From the NCBI GenBank assembly GCA_030141605.1, contig JAQGDQ010000514.1, forward strand, positions 93,227 to 157,226: a stretch of DNA of 64,000 nucleotides, in the 5' to 3' direction. A program made the position numbers and the translations under genes. The stretch's first letter is position 1, and the number at the start of each line of letters is the position of its first letter. The stretch is from Tubiluchus corallicola (lineage: Eukaryota > Animalia > Priapulida). The notes beneath the pieces are model-generated. The model did not search any database. It worked only from the letters and a program-made list of their open reading frames with translations, and was not told the origin of the DNA. Positions 24,114-36,504 of this stretch are shown in pieces.

Positions 24114-25243
24114 ACACGACTATCTTAAGAACATAGCTGACACTCAAACTCTTTACCATCATGATAAATTTTCAAATGTCCTTGATAATTTTGATTTCGT
24201 GATCTGTGACTCTATCGATTTTCTCCACCTTCGGGCCATTTCTAGCAACGATTATATTTCGAAGTGTGAAGCAAAAGTTAAAAATAAAGGCACCTTTTAG
24301 TTTAGTATTGGGTTAGAACAAATTAAAAACTTAAATATTTTAAAATTAAATTTACAAACACTACAAATTTCACATATCTCCTAACGTTAAAGCAAATCAA
24401 GTTTATATTTTCCTCCAATGTTCTGAAAAATTAGATAACAAAGAAGGTTTAGTTGCTTGGTCCGCTTGGTATCAATTCATACATTTTGTTGTTCGTTATC
24501 GCATGTACGCTGTAGAAAATGCTTTTAAACGTAAAATGAAACAATTGACGTTAGCCCATCCTATTCTTTCTAAAGTTAAAGATAAGCCTTGCCACTACAC
24601 AACCTTCTCCCCTACCCTAACGTCAGACCGCTTTGAAACCATGTTTGAATGTAAGCATAACAAGCTCAAAAATAACCATCGCCTTAACCGTATCGAAGCA
24701 ATTTTGAACGATAATAAATTTTAGAAATCTGCTAGCAAACTCCAAAATTTAGAATATCTTAACGTAGAAGACGTTAAGAAAGGATCCCGATTATGCCCAA
24801 GAAAATTAAGTAATCAAATTGTAATAGCAAAATGGAACACCGAAAAATCAAAAGTATCTGATGATTCAGTTTTAGTAGCCGACTTTTTAGGAAATTTAGT
24901 TAAGAAAATTACCGGCGCTGATCCGTTTAACACCCCTGTAGTACAAGTATCTAAAAACGCAACCTTAGTTCATTCTGCTGTAAGAGACCGCTTAGACCAT
25001 CCAAATAAGCAATTATCTGACGAACAAATTACTCAACTCTTAGACGCTGCAGAATACGTATGTATGCCTCCATCCCACCCTATCAAAATTGCAACCTGGG
25101 ATGAATTAGGACATTTAATCAATAGACAAGGTGCTTCCGGAATGTTAGACGATTGTCAAGATTTAGGAACTCTTTACGACCGCCCTGGCACTCGCGAAGT
25201 TGTAGAACGTATAATTAACGATTTGCAAAAGTTCCAATTTTAC
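24114..25243 (+). pseudogene. EVE virus B: MTase C-half and start of NS5 RdRp
   Basis: FDFVICD; long frame ..AVRDRLD..TWDEL..INRQGASG resembling flavi FKEKVD / V.SNAA.G region. Confidence 0.7.
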
Positions 25244-28200
25244 CAAGGTTGACTAAGGGAGACATAGTGATTAGTCCAAGACTAAAAGTAGGATGGTTTA
25301 CATATTATGTTGATTGTAGTTACCAGGGTAGAGTTGAGAGAGTAGAAGCAAACGGAATTGTGCGGGTTAAGTTTCCTACTACAGTACACGGAGACAGTGG
25401 GCAACCCATATACATGGAAACAGAAAGAGGAAACGTGTGTGTGGGTTGCATTGCATACAGTAGCAATTTGAATGGAGACATGGTAGAGGAAACGATAGCA
25501 ACTGAAACTCACGGAATCTCAACTAAGGTAGAGCAGGGAAAGATACGAATTGTAACATCTTATTGTGGGAGTGGTAAAACTAGAGAAAAGATTCCATCTT
25601 GTTTGAAAAGTAGGTCTATTGGACAGAAAGCATACATACTAGCTCCTGACAGAGTAGTAGCACGTGAGAATTACGAATCCTTGAAGAAAGTGCTAAAAGA
25701 GAAAATAGCATTGAGGACATCAGATGCTAATCCAGAGGAAAGAAAGATGATATATTTTTTGTTATGCAGTTGTCATAATGAATGTTAAGACTTAGATTTA
25801 ACAGAAATTTGTGGTATTTTAGGGAGGTGCTGCCATCTTTTGGCTGTAAAATTAATTTACCTATTTCTTAAACTGTTTACTGTACAATCTATTTACATAC
25901 CATTTACTGGGTTTCAACTAAAGTTAATGAGCTGTAACAGGAGTCCTGGCTATTGTATGTTGGTCAGTAGTAGTTCAGGTCTCATAGTCTGCTGGTGAAT
26001 AATGTAATTGGTGAATTTCATAATGTAGTTTGTCAAGGTATGTTGCTTTAAATTATATTTTGTGGTTTTTTTATTTTGCTAAACTGAGAGGTTAGTGCTT
26101 TAATTTTTGTTATAGTGTGTTAAACTTAAGTGAATTATTAAGCTAAACTTCCCTAAATGTTGCTTTTGCTTTTATTTCAGACGGCAATTTATGTTGAAAC
26201 CTACCCCCCCCCCTCTACACAGGCTTCACTTCTTCATTTTTTTGACAATAAAGAAATCAACCTACCTGTATCAAAGTGTTCATCATTTTTATTGGATTAC
26301 AACATGCAGACAGACAAACTGAACAAAACAGCCAGGACCCTGTAAAATCGAGGTAATGGCCCATGCAACAGCCTTAAATCGATATAGGAAGGAGAAATTG
26401 AACTTTAGAAGCTCATTGACCATCATAGATGATGGGCATTATAATAACGAAGAAACCGTGGCATTAGTATCCATAGTCATGTACAGTGCAACATCAAAGG
26501 ACATGATGGCCACAGCCACAAACCAGCCAGTGGAGCGCATGGAGATGAATGAAAGGGAAGTTAAAAACTATGTTAACGAGCAAGTAGAAGCCAAGATATT
26601 GTGGATAGTACCAGGCAACGTGAATAGTAAAGCAAAAGAAGTGAAAGGTTGGTACAAGGACAAAATAATAGTGTTGGATAAGCACAATATAGAAAACCTG
26701 AACCAAGCTAAAAATCTTGCGACAGGCATGGGGATAAGCACCAGCATATGTGAGTGTGGTGCTAACTTAAATCCTGACATCGTCATTGTACTCAAACTAA
26801 TTACCCTCCAGTAACAGAAGGTATTGAGACTGGAAGATGGGCAAGGATAAAAAGAGAGGACAGGCTATGCTCCTGTTCTGGCTTAAACGTACAAACAGAA
26901 GAGCATGTTATCTGTTTTTGTCCACTTACGAATCACCTTCGTGAACATAACACTGAACTGAGCTTCAACGAATTTTTTAAGACGAATTTTTTAAGCTTTA
27001 TTTACGAACAATGTTTTCTTGTGCTTCAAAATATGACATTGCCTAAGTGTACTACAATCAATGTCCGCCATATTCCAATAAAATATTGTAGCGTTTTATA
27101 TGTCATTTCTATTGAAAAAAATAAAAAAGCTATTTTACAAATTTGCATTAAATTCTGTAGTTCTAGACCCTACTAAACACAAACATTAAGTAAACCTAAT
27201 TTGGTAATTTTACTAATTTATACTATGTAACACATTATTTATACTATGTAACACGTTCTATCAAATTATAAGATTGTCATTAAGTAAACTAAATGTTCAA
27301 GGTGATCAGTTCAATCAAAATGATACAAAATGATGTATTTACTTACATCGTACGTCTCCATAAAGCAAATCGAGTATTTACCAATATATCTGACAAATTA
27401 TCACTATCATACTGTGAAAACTACTATTAAAGAAGCCTGTTAACGTCTGCCAACTAACTCGCTTGCCCAGGTAAAAACAGATCTGTACAGGTGAGTGATC
27501 GTGGTCACGTGACCAACGAGATACTTAGCGAAATTCACTACAGTCATTGATACTCAAACTAATTACACTCCAGTAACAGAAGGTGATGTAGATGTGATTT
27601 TGCAGGAAAGACCCACTAGTAGGGCTAGCCAGGTTCAGAGAATAGGTCGAGGAGGCAGAAGGAAGAAAGCCACTTATGTAACGATTGGGCCAAGAACTAG
27701 ACCACAGACGAGATTTTTCCCATCAGATACAGCCATGTGGGATGGCATAGCCATCTTACTGGCTGAAGACACAGAGGCTACACTACTGCAATATGTATGG
27801 TGAGGAAGAATGCACATTGCATAGTGAGCGGAGTTTAGAATTCAAGAGATTACCGTATATACTCGCATATAAGCCGAATTTAGAACTATAAGATACAATA
27901 CTGAAATCAGGGGGTCGGCTTATATGCGCATGAAACAAAATGAACACAAGGACAGACACTAATGCCAATTTTCCAGCCACACATTTTCATCGCTATCTGA
28001 CTCTTTATTTGGTTGTGTGTCACCAGTGGTGTATTGGAGGGGGATCGTGGGGGATCGCCGTCCATCCACTTTTTTTTAGAAAAAATATAACAGAAAACTT
28101 TTTTATAACAGAAATGTTATAATTTTTTGTGAATAAATAGAAAACAAAATAGTTTCTTCTTTATTCATATCAAAATGTATAATTTCTTCTATTTCTTCTA

Positions 28201-29210
28201 GTATGTAACATAAAAGTAAGCATTTTACATCTTTATAGTAAAAAATTTCTATGAACCAAAAATACCCAATTAACAAAATGTGACAAAAAGGGGGTTTGAT
28301 TGGGTATGGAGTAAAATTAGACAAGTTGATGGTCGGCTTATATACGGGTTTTTGCAAAAACTTGCCATTTTAAAGCAGTTTTAGGGGGTCGGCTTATATG
28401 CGATGTAGGCCTATATGCGAGTATATACGGTAGGCGTGAAACACCCAGTGACTGAAGATATGAAAGTGCCATACTCAATGGCTGTGTTGTTGAGTGAGAA
28501 CGGTTTGCCACGGATATCAGACAATGTGCCAAACAGGAAGACGCCAACAGCAATTCTGTAATCAATGTCCAAGAAAAGGGGTTGCATTCGATTGTAGAAT
28601 GCATGTGAATAAGCATGCAATGTTGGTGCAGTTGGTGGAATTTGGATTCAATTCTTGGAGTGTGGTGACGATGTTGGCAATAATAACAATGATATCAAGC
28701 ACTCTCTATTATAAAATCATAACATCAACTCATGGTTGGCAAAGGACAGTAGACCTTATTAAATGGTTATGGAGATATGCTATAGTATTCACGACTTTCT
28801 ACATGGTCACTATGCACCAGGATTTACTAGCTGGATTGAATTTTGCAGTACTATTAAAGCTTAGTATGAACTTATATGACATTATAGTCGAAATACGAGC
28901 CGAAAGGAATGTGAAACACTCCTGGTGGGACGCGATGGTTGCAATGATATACACAGGAACCCTGTTAATAGCTTTGCGAGGGGACCAGTTCATAACTTTT
29001 GTAACCCGAAAGATGGGAGTTGAAGGAGTGCAACATGTACGAAATATTGGATGGCGTTATCAGGTAACAGATTATTTATCTGTGATACAAAGCCATCTTA
29101 TTTACGTGGTGCTCGACACATCATCCATAGGAAAGTTATTCGGTTATGTATATTCCACTAAGATTCGAGAGAAAACAAATGAAAAGGGCTTTGACGGTCC
29201 AACAATCAAG
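25243..29210 (+). pseudogene. EVE virus A: NS3 protease-helicase plus downstream membrane region, split by three insertions (25750-26330, 26823-27543, 27853-28430)
   Basis: HGDSGQP protease Ser motif; CGSGKT (I), LAPDRVVARE (Ia), VMAHAT, IIDDGH (II), MMATAT (III), STSICECGANL (V), QRIGRGGR (VI); TM helices 28640-29000. Confidence 0.92.
27853..28430. mobile_element. pogo/Tc1-mariner-type MITE
   Basis: TIR ccgtatatactcgcatata / tatatgcgagtatatacgg; TA TSD at 27851 and 28431. Confidence 0.88.
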
Positions 29211-29808
29211 GGACGTATTAAAGGAAACATTTCATTGCCAACCATGCATAACCGTTGCCATGCCTACCATGCAAAAACGACTGTTTACCGTTTCAATACG
29301 GTGATATTGAAGAAATTGAAAAATTTTTGAATATCGGCGTAACTTCATGTACTATATCATCTTTAGCTACCGGGTCTTTACCAAACAATTTTCATCAGCA
29401 TCACACTGACTCACAGTCACTAGTAAACACTTTAAACTGTCTTCCCTAATCAATGATGGTAATTCGATGAAAACCTTTTATTTTTCCATATGAATGCGAG
29501 TCGCTTGTACCTTAATTAAAATTTCATCACAACAGATTCTTCCATAATTATTTATTCATTGATATTTTTTTACAGAGCATGTACCTTGTGAGGAGAGTCC
29601 GGAAGGTTTTGACCTCAGCTGGGATTCGACTGAGCAGAACTCAGAAGCAGGTGTTTCTACAGTAACCAGTGAATCAGTATCAGTAAGCGAATTCAAGTGG
29701 TGTATGGTGAGTACGAACAGCCAACAATGTTTTAGCACTTTGTGCATCTCATTTCTCGAGATGAAAATGTGTTAGACATTTTTTAATTATCAAATACAGA
29801 CACATACA
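29211..29808 (+). repeat. Host scaffold S, uninterrupted copy
   Basis: Matches 7375-7447 and 8013-8456. Confidence 0.9.
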
Positions 29809-30035
29809 AATAATTGGAACTATTAAGAAAAGAAAGTTTATCTATATACCCTGATAAGCCTTCTACTAATGTACAACTGAGTTCAATTCCTATAAGTTCA
29901 TTTTCAAACACCTAGTTATTTGTTACTGTATCAATTTCGTTTGATCAGGTCTGCTTATTCATTACCTTTTTGACTTCTGTTAACTATTCAGTTAGCGCAT
30001 AATAGGCTCTGTCCACCACTTGCATCAACATTGGT

Positions 30036-30394
30036 GGCAACATCGCATCATAGCGGATGGAAGACCTGACATTTGAAGGAAACACAATTTCTCCTCGCAC
30101 CTGTCCTGGCAACATCGCATCATAGCGGATGGAAGACCTGACATTTGAAGGAAACACGATTTCTCCTCGCACCTGTCCTGGCAACATCGCATCATAGCGG
30201 ATGGAAGACCTGACATTTGAAGGAAACACGATTTCTCCTCGCACCTGTCCTGGCAACATCGCATCATAGCGGATGGAAGACCTGACATTTGAAGGAAACA
30301 CAATTTCTCCTCGCACCTGTCCTGGCAACATCGCATCATAGCGGATGGAAGACCTGACATTTGAAGGAAACACAATTTCTCCTCGCACCTGTCC
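30036..30394. repeat. 72-bp tandem repeat, ~5 copies
   Basis: ggcaacatcgcatcatagcggatgg recurs at 30036, 30108, 30180, 30252. Confidence 0.95.
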
Positions 30395-31538
30395 ATCTAA
30401 AGCACGAGGGATGTGTCTCACCTTTCTGGCTAGCAGACTGACAGTAACTTTCAGAAACAAAAGTGGGTGTTGAGTTAGTATATGACTCAGTACCTTGAGT
30501 TTCAGCATTTGAAACCCTTGATGCTTTATCCATTTTAGAGCTTTCTTTAGATTTTATGCTACCACTCAGATTAGCAGTACACTTTTTATTGCTTAGACAA
30601 TCACTTGCTGATGATTTGGAACTTCTTAATCTTATTAGGTAGCTATGAGGCATTAGCTTACTGTTACATAAGTTTATTAGCGTCTGTTTACTACAGTTCG
30701 CTAGGTTCAGCTCAGCTTCATAAATTGTTTGGCGTGGAAAACTTCGAGGCTTTACACCAATAGTAATGGCGGCTGGAACTATACTCCAGGTTACGGCATA
30801 CAGCAGTGTCAAGGCCACAACAAGTGCTGTGCAAGAATACTGCCGACGTAAAATTAAAATGTTCTCACCGTATTTGTTCTCCAAAAACTTCATAAACTTC
30901 ACTGCCGAAGATTACTTATATAATTTTGCAGGCATCAAAGGTGAGATATCACGTAAAATAATTGTTTTTATTCAAGTTTGCTAATTTTGTGTGAGCACCA
31001 ATACTATCAGCATTATTATTTCCTCTTTCCAATCTGGCCTTCCCTGTTTGAGTCACTTGTCATGTTACAATCTTAAGCTGATGAGCCTACCTCATGTAAA
31101 ACTGTTTTAAAAAAGAGATTACTTTTACTAAACCATCGCAGATGATGTGACTTTGAAGAAATGTAAAGAAAAGTTTTAAACATAAAGAAACACACACGTA
31201 TATGGTCGTTAGCATTGCTTATATTTTTTACATTCGCAACTGTTTTTGCCAATCGCTCAGTGCAGCATGAAAATTGTTTAAAAACATAGGAGAATTTAAA
31301 ACATTGATGAAGCTTTGTATGGTGAAAATATGTTGTAGTTATCACAATACTTTCTCATTGTTAATAAGATCTTTCAGATCAATGAGTCGTAATATTTACA
31401 GTCAGCTAACTATTGGCTATTCCGCAAATGTTTCTTTTTGCATTTTTGTTCAAATTGATTTTTTTTAAATTTTGATTTACTGAAGTAGGCAAACTTGAAA
31501 AGCCAAGGCTCCTTGGTCTCACTTAAACCATTCACTTC

Positions 31539-31907
31539 ATGAACTTAATTCGAAAAAATTTAGTGCGTCTCCGAGATGCTGGATGGGACCAAAAACAGAT
31601 TGAAAACCTTGAGACAGAATTTCATGGTCTGAAGAGAGACTACAGAGACAATGAACCCACCAAGACTGCATTGGATACGATGACAGATGACACACCATTC
31701 CTCCAAGCTTGGAAGAACTTCGATCGCTACTCTTCCTTGATGGAATTTTCTGGAGGACGTGCAACTCTCTTTCCGTCAACAGCCACTGTAGAGGCTGACT
31801 TTAGCATTGTTGGGGAAATCAAAGATTGCTATAAGCAGAGCATGACAGACTTCAGCCTGGAGGGGTGCCTCCAAGCAAAACAGTTTTTTGAACTGATGAA
31901 AATGTGA
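31539..31907 (+). mobile_element. hAT-like transposase C-terminal fragment
   Basis: ATLFPSTATVEADFS...SMTDFSLEGCLQAKQ dimerisation-type motif. Confidence 0.7.
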
Positions 31908-32391
31908 TAACTGATAGTGATAAGGAGTAACAAAATAAATGAATCAAATGACCTAAACAAAGTGGCCTGATCATATAGCAAGTCCGTGTATTCCACAGAT
32001 TCTTGCAACATTTGGCAGCATCTATCTAAAATTTAAAGGACTTCATGTGAGCAGACATCTTAAATGCTGCGTAAGACGATGCAATTAAAGTTTCGATTTA
32101 GAGCTGCATCAGAGAAAATTTGTAAAATAATCTAATGTAAATTTAGATCAGTTTGGAAAATCCAAATTGAAATGCAAAAAACTAGTTCTCATTGGCTGTT
32201 CACGTTCAGTAAAGTAGACAGGTTTACAACTTTATACAACAGTTTTCTACAGGAATAGATCTAATTGTAAAATGAGTCAGACAGCCTGAATGCACCATGA
32301 CTATTTTGTGGTGCCAGTGGTGCAGACTGCTAAGATCTCATCTAATTAGGTTAATTATTTCAGAAATTATTAAAAACCTAAATTCCGTTTT

Positions 32392-32548
32392 ATTAGAGCC
32401 TTCACGTCTGCCATAATTAGGCTTCTCAGACGTACGCCTAGGCGTATAATTGCTTCATTAAAGGCGGGTTGGATAGGTACTAGACAGCTTGCGGAATGTA
32501 CCCCACCTGCATCAAACACGTTGGATGAATGAATCTAAATGAAATAAA
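32392..32548 (+). repeat. Dispersed repeat, second copy ~35173-35388
   Basis: ccttcacgtctgccataattaggctt..gaatgtaccccacctgcatcaaa is shared. Confidence 0.75.
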
Positions 32549-34251
32549 ACAATTTTCCATGTTGTTTGAAAAATCTTTGTTTTTTTCACAAAAATACGTC
32601 TATGTTACAGAAACTCGAAGGCTTGGAGATAAACCAACCAAGACACAGACTGGATGACGAATGCAGACGGGAAAATGAACAACAAGCACAACAATAGCAA
32701 CTAAACCAGCATGCAGAACAACAGCAGCAAGAAGAACAGGCGCAACAACAGGCACAACAAGAGCAACAACATGAACGTGAACATCCATATCAGCAACAAA
32801 TAATTCATTTTATGACACATATGCAAACGCAAATAAACAGAATTTCTAACTTACGACAACAACAGTAACAACAACACCACCACCACCAGCAAACTTTATA
32901 TCAGCAGCAACAGGATCATCAACAAAATCATCGACAACGTCATCAGAACAACAACAACCAATATGTGCAGTTTAGAAACAGAATCAGACGACGGCAATAC
33001 AGACCTCCACAAAGACGGCGGTATCAGAGGCAGCCAAGTAGAGCGAACAATCAGTAAGTGTTTTGGTTTTAATTACACATTACACTCTAAACTGTCCTGC
33101 TTCTGAATTTTCAAAATCTGAATCAAACCATTTTACTGAAATAGTGAAATAGTACTAACTGCTACGTTGTTTTGAAACTGAATGTTGTAAAAATCACTCA
33201 CAAAAACTCAGTATTTTTTTACAATATTCTTCACTTAAAAAAAATGTTAAACAATTTTTAACAGTTTCACGTTATCATTTCAAAAAAATAATTCCATTAT
33301 ATTAATTAATATTAATTGAGTTTCTAGTAGCAATCAACTACATTTGTTTATTGTTGTAGATGCAGAGATTACATTTTCAATTTCTTCAACTCGTGAAGAT
33401 CCAAAGCAACAGAGCTACACAAAAATTCTCGAGGATTTTACACAATAACATCAATTTTATCAAAAGATTCTCAAAGATAATTTTCTGACATAAACAGTAA
33501 ATGTATGACTTGGCTGTTCATTTAAGCAGACTTGCAAAAGTGAATTATAGACAAGGATACATTGGGTATTGCTAAACTTAAACTTAATTGCCAAAGATAT
33601 CCCAGAGCTGAAACTGCGTTGTCTACATACAAAAGTATCACCAAACATGAAAAAAATGCTCCATCAGCGAATGAAACTAGGTGAAATTCTTATTAAAAGA
33701 TAATATCTATTGGAAACTACCAATAATGTGAATGAGGCCTCAGAAACATGTGGGAAAAAGATGCTGCAACTACGGTCGACTAAAAGGGGCATACTGCAAG
33801 ATGCTATGTTTCTTACATGAAGCATTTACCATTGTTATAGACAGAAAGTTTTGTAATACATAGGCTTATTCCATTAATGAATGGTACTGGTGAGGATATT
33901 AAGGCAGTTGACACCACAAAAGTACCACTGTTCTAGAAATTTAGCATTATCATACTTAGCACCCTTCCCTTGTTGTCTGCTTTGGCCGCCTTGCCGCCTT
34001 GTGGCAATTTTTAGGCCTGGTCACATGATCACGCCTGATCTGGTTGAGTGGACTGGATTTTGTTAAGACAAGATAATTTACAAGGCGTTAAAATATTGTC
34101 GTGTTGTGTGTTTTGAAAACTCATGATTTGAGGGAAATAATGTATGTATATTCGTTTACTACTTTTAAAATTAGTTATTTAGTTAAATTACAAATTAGTA
34201 AAAAATTACTGGAAAGCTGTAGTGTAATAACCGCTAAATTATGTATAATTA

Positions 34252-34476
34252 TTGACTTTTGGTTATCGGTATAAACTTGCTAAGAAAGCCCTGGATTTTT
34301 TTATACCATTTGTTACAACATATCTTTGTGAGCAATCCTTTTCGAGGATGCTGGACATAAAAACGAAGAAAAGGAACAGACTTTGCTGTGAAAATGACAT
34401 GAGAGTGGCACTTGCCAAGGTGAAGCCACGCATATCTGAACTGGTCTCTCAAAGGCAACAGCAGAAGTCACACTGA
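34252..34476 (+). mobile_element. Charlie/Buster-type hAT transposase C-terminal fragment
   Basis: IPFVTTYLCEQSFS..IKTKKRNRL..DMRVAL..PRI...QQKSH. Confidence 0.85.
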
Positions 34477-36504
34477 TATGCAGGTATGTAATTTGTTGTG
34501 AGTTTATGCATTGTGTTGGTTTTGTTCTTTGAACAAGGTGATGTTCATGCACGGCTCATTTTGTGTACCAGTAAAAAACATATCTATGTGTTGAATTTGA
34601 AAAAAAAATCACATTTATTATCACATCATACTTTATTTCAATTGCAATTTATTCATTTTAGTTAATTGTCGCTTCCTACAAAATTATTAATTTTCAGGTT
34701 CTGATAGTTTTGCTGACAATGGTGACCAGTGATGGTCAATACTATGTCAATTTTCTTGCTACGAAGGTGGACGAAGCAGAAAGGGCTTTAGTAAACGGTA
34801 AGGAAAAATACCTTAATGAGCCAGGCCCTAATCGATTAGAGACAGGGAGAGAGGGAGGGAGATACCTACTCCCCCCTCCCCCCATGAAGCGTTTCCTCCA
34901 AAATTAGAAAGAAATTTATGTGCTAACTGACTAAAATAGAAGATATTCTTTCGCAGTAAACGACTTGTATTTCACGCTTCTGCTAAACAGTGGTGGTATA
35001 ACAATTCTAATGACTCCAGTTCGGGCGAGCCATTAGTCAAAGGGTTGTCTGTTGTACAAGAGCACCCTATGACCTGTGGAGAGACAGATGGGTGAATAGT
35101 GGGTCCATGTGTTGAGATTTCCCTAAATCATCAAAGGTGAATTACATCCTGCGATGCTTCATAAGTGTAATAATTAGGGCCTTCACGTCTGCCATAATTA
35201 GGCTTCTGCCTAGGCGTATAATTGCTTTATTAAAGGTGGGTTGGATAGGTACTGGACAGCCCTGTGGAATGTACCCCACCTGCATCAAAAATAGTGCATG
35301 GAATAAGATGTTGTGAGGATTAAAGGAAGACAGGATGATAAGTTTCATGAATAACACGTTGGATTTAAAATGAATCTAAATGAAATAAAAATAAGGTCTA
35401 CCTTTCTCACTATAGTTCATGTGGCATAGTAATCTGCACTCGCAACAAAACCAGGCTCACAAATCCGATAAATTATTTACGATTATCGGCAAAATGTGGA
35501 ATTATTTGCCCATAATTCGCTGCCAAAGTCCATTAGACGAGCGCTGAGCGAATTTTGGGGATCGCGAAATGCGTATCGCAAAACGCTGGTAATGGCGAAT
35601 GCAACGTTTGCTAGGCATTATTTAAATGTGATAATCTAATCTAAAGAACATTAGAGATACGTTAGAACATTTGACTTCACTTGCTAAAACACCCTAAAAC
35701 AATGACTAAGAGCCGTTCGTGAATCATTCACTGACATCAGTCTTCATGCTCCTATACCATTCACTGCTCTGTCTTCAAAGTTACCACAACAAATGCACAT
35801 TCTCTGCAATGGACTTATTGATACATGCTGAGCTTGACAGGTGATTTTCTTGTCAAAATGTTTAGGATTATGTACGGTAGTTGACGACGCTACTGACATA
35901 TTTTTACCATTTACATGTGATCACGTCATGTCCATTTATGGTCAGATTTCATGGTCAGTTCAGATCTTACAAGTTCACCTTCCGATCTGAGCCGATAACT
36001 GTCTGCACTGTTTACCTCATTCTGGGAAGACACCTCTCTCTCTCCTGTTTACTGTCTCATCTAAGATGATTGTCGCATATCTTTACTAACACCTGATTTG
36101 GCGGGTCGATGAAAGTCAATTTTAGAAACTTTTGGAATGTCAAAAATATTTTTCCGGCAAACATAAAACATTAATCTTTCGCTTTTGTGGGGTAGATGGT
36201 CCCACTAACAATTTCCAAAATGGGCCCCGCACTACCTAGCATCGGCGCTGTTTGAGTTCAATAATTTTGCAAACATGTACCTGAAATGTTATTGACCCTG
36301 TAACTATTCTTCATTACTCAGCATTAAAATCTGCGCTTACTTGACCAGAAACCTCTTAGGACGGGGTATATGCCTAATGTTCAACATTAGAATAAGCACC
36401 ATAATTTTATAGTTGACTGTTTAATATAGCATGCTGTCATATTGTAATTATAGTTACACGTGGTGCTCATATAGTTGATTATTCTTTTAAATCTTAAAGT
36501 CGCA

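Noticed and set aside
32600-33850. Q/R-rich exon and possible piggyBac-like Cys-rich remnant
   Set aside because: Too degenerate; no continuous frame or diagnostic motif
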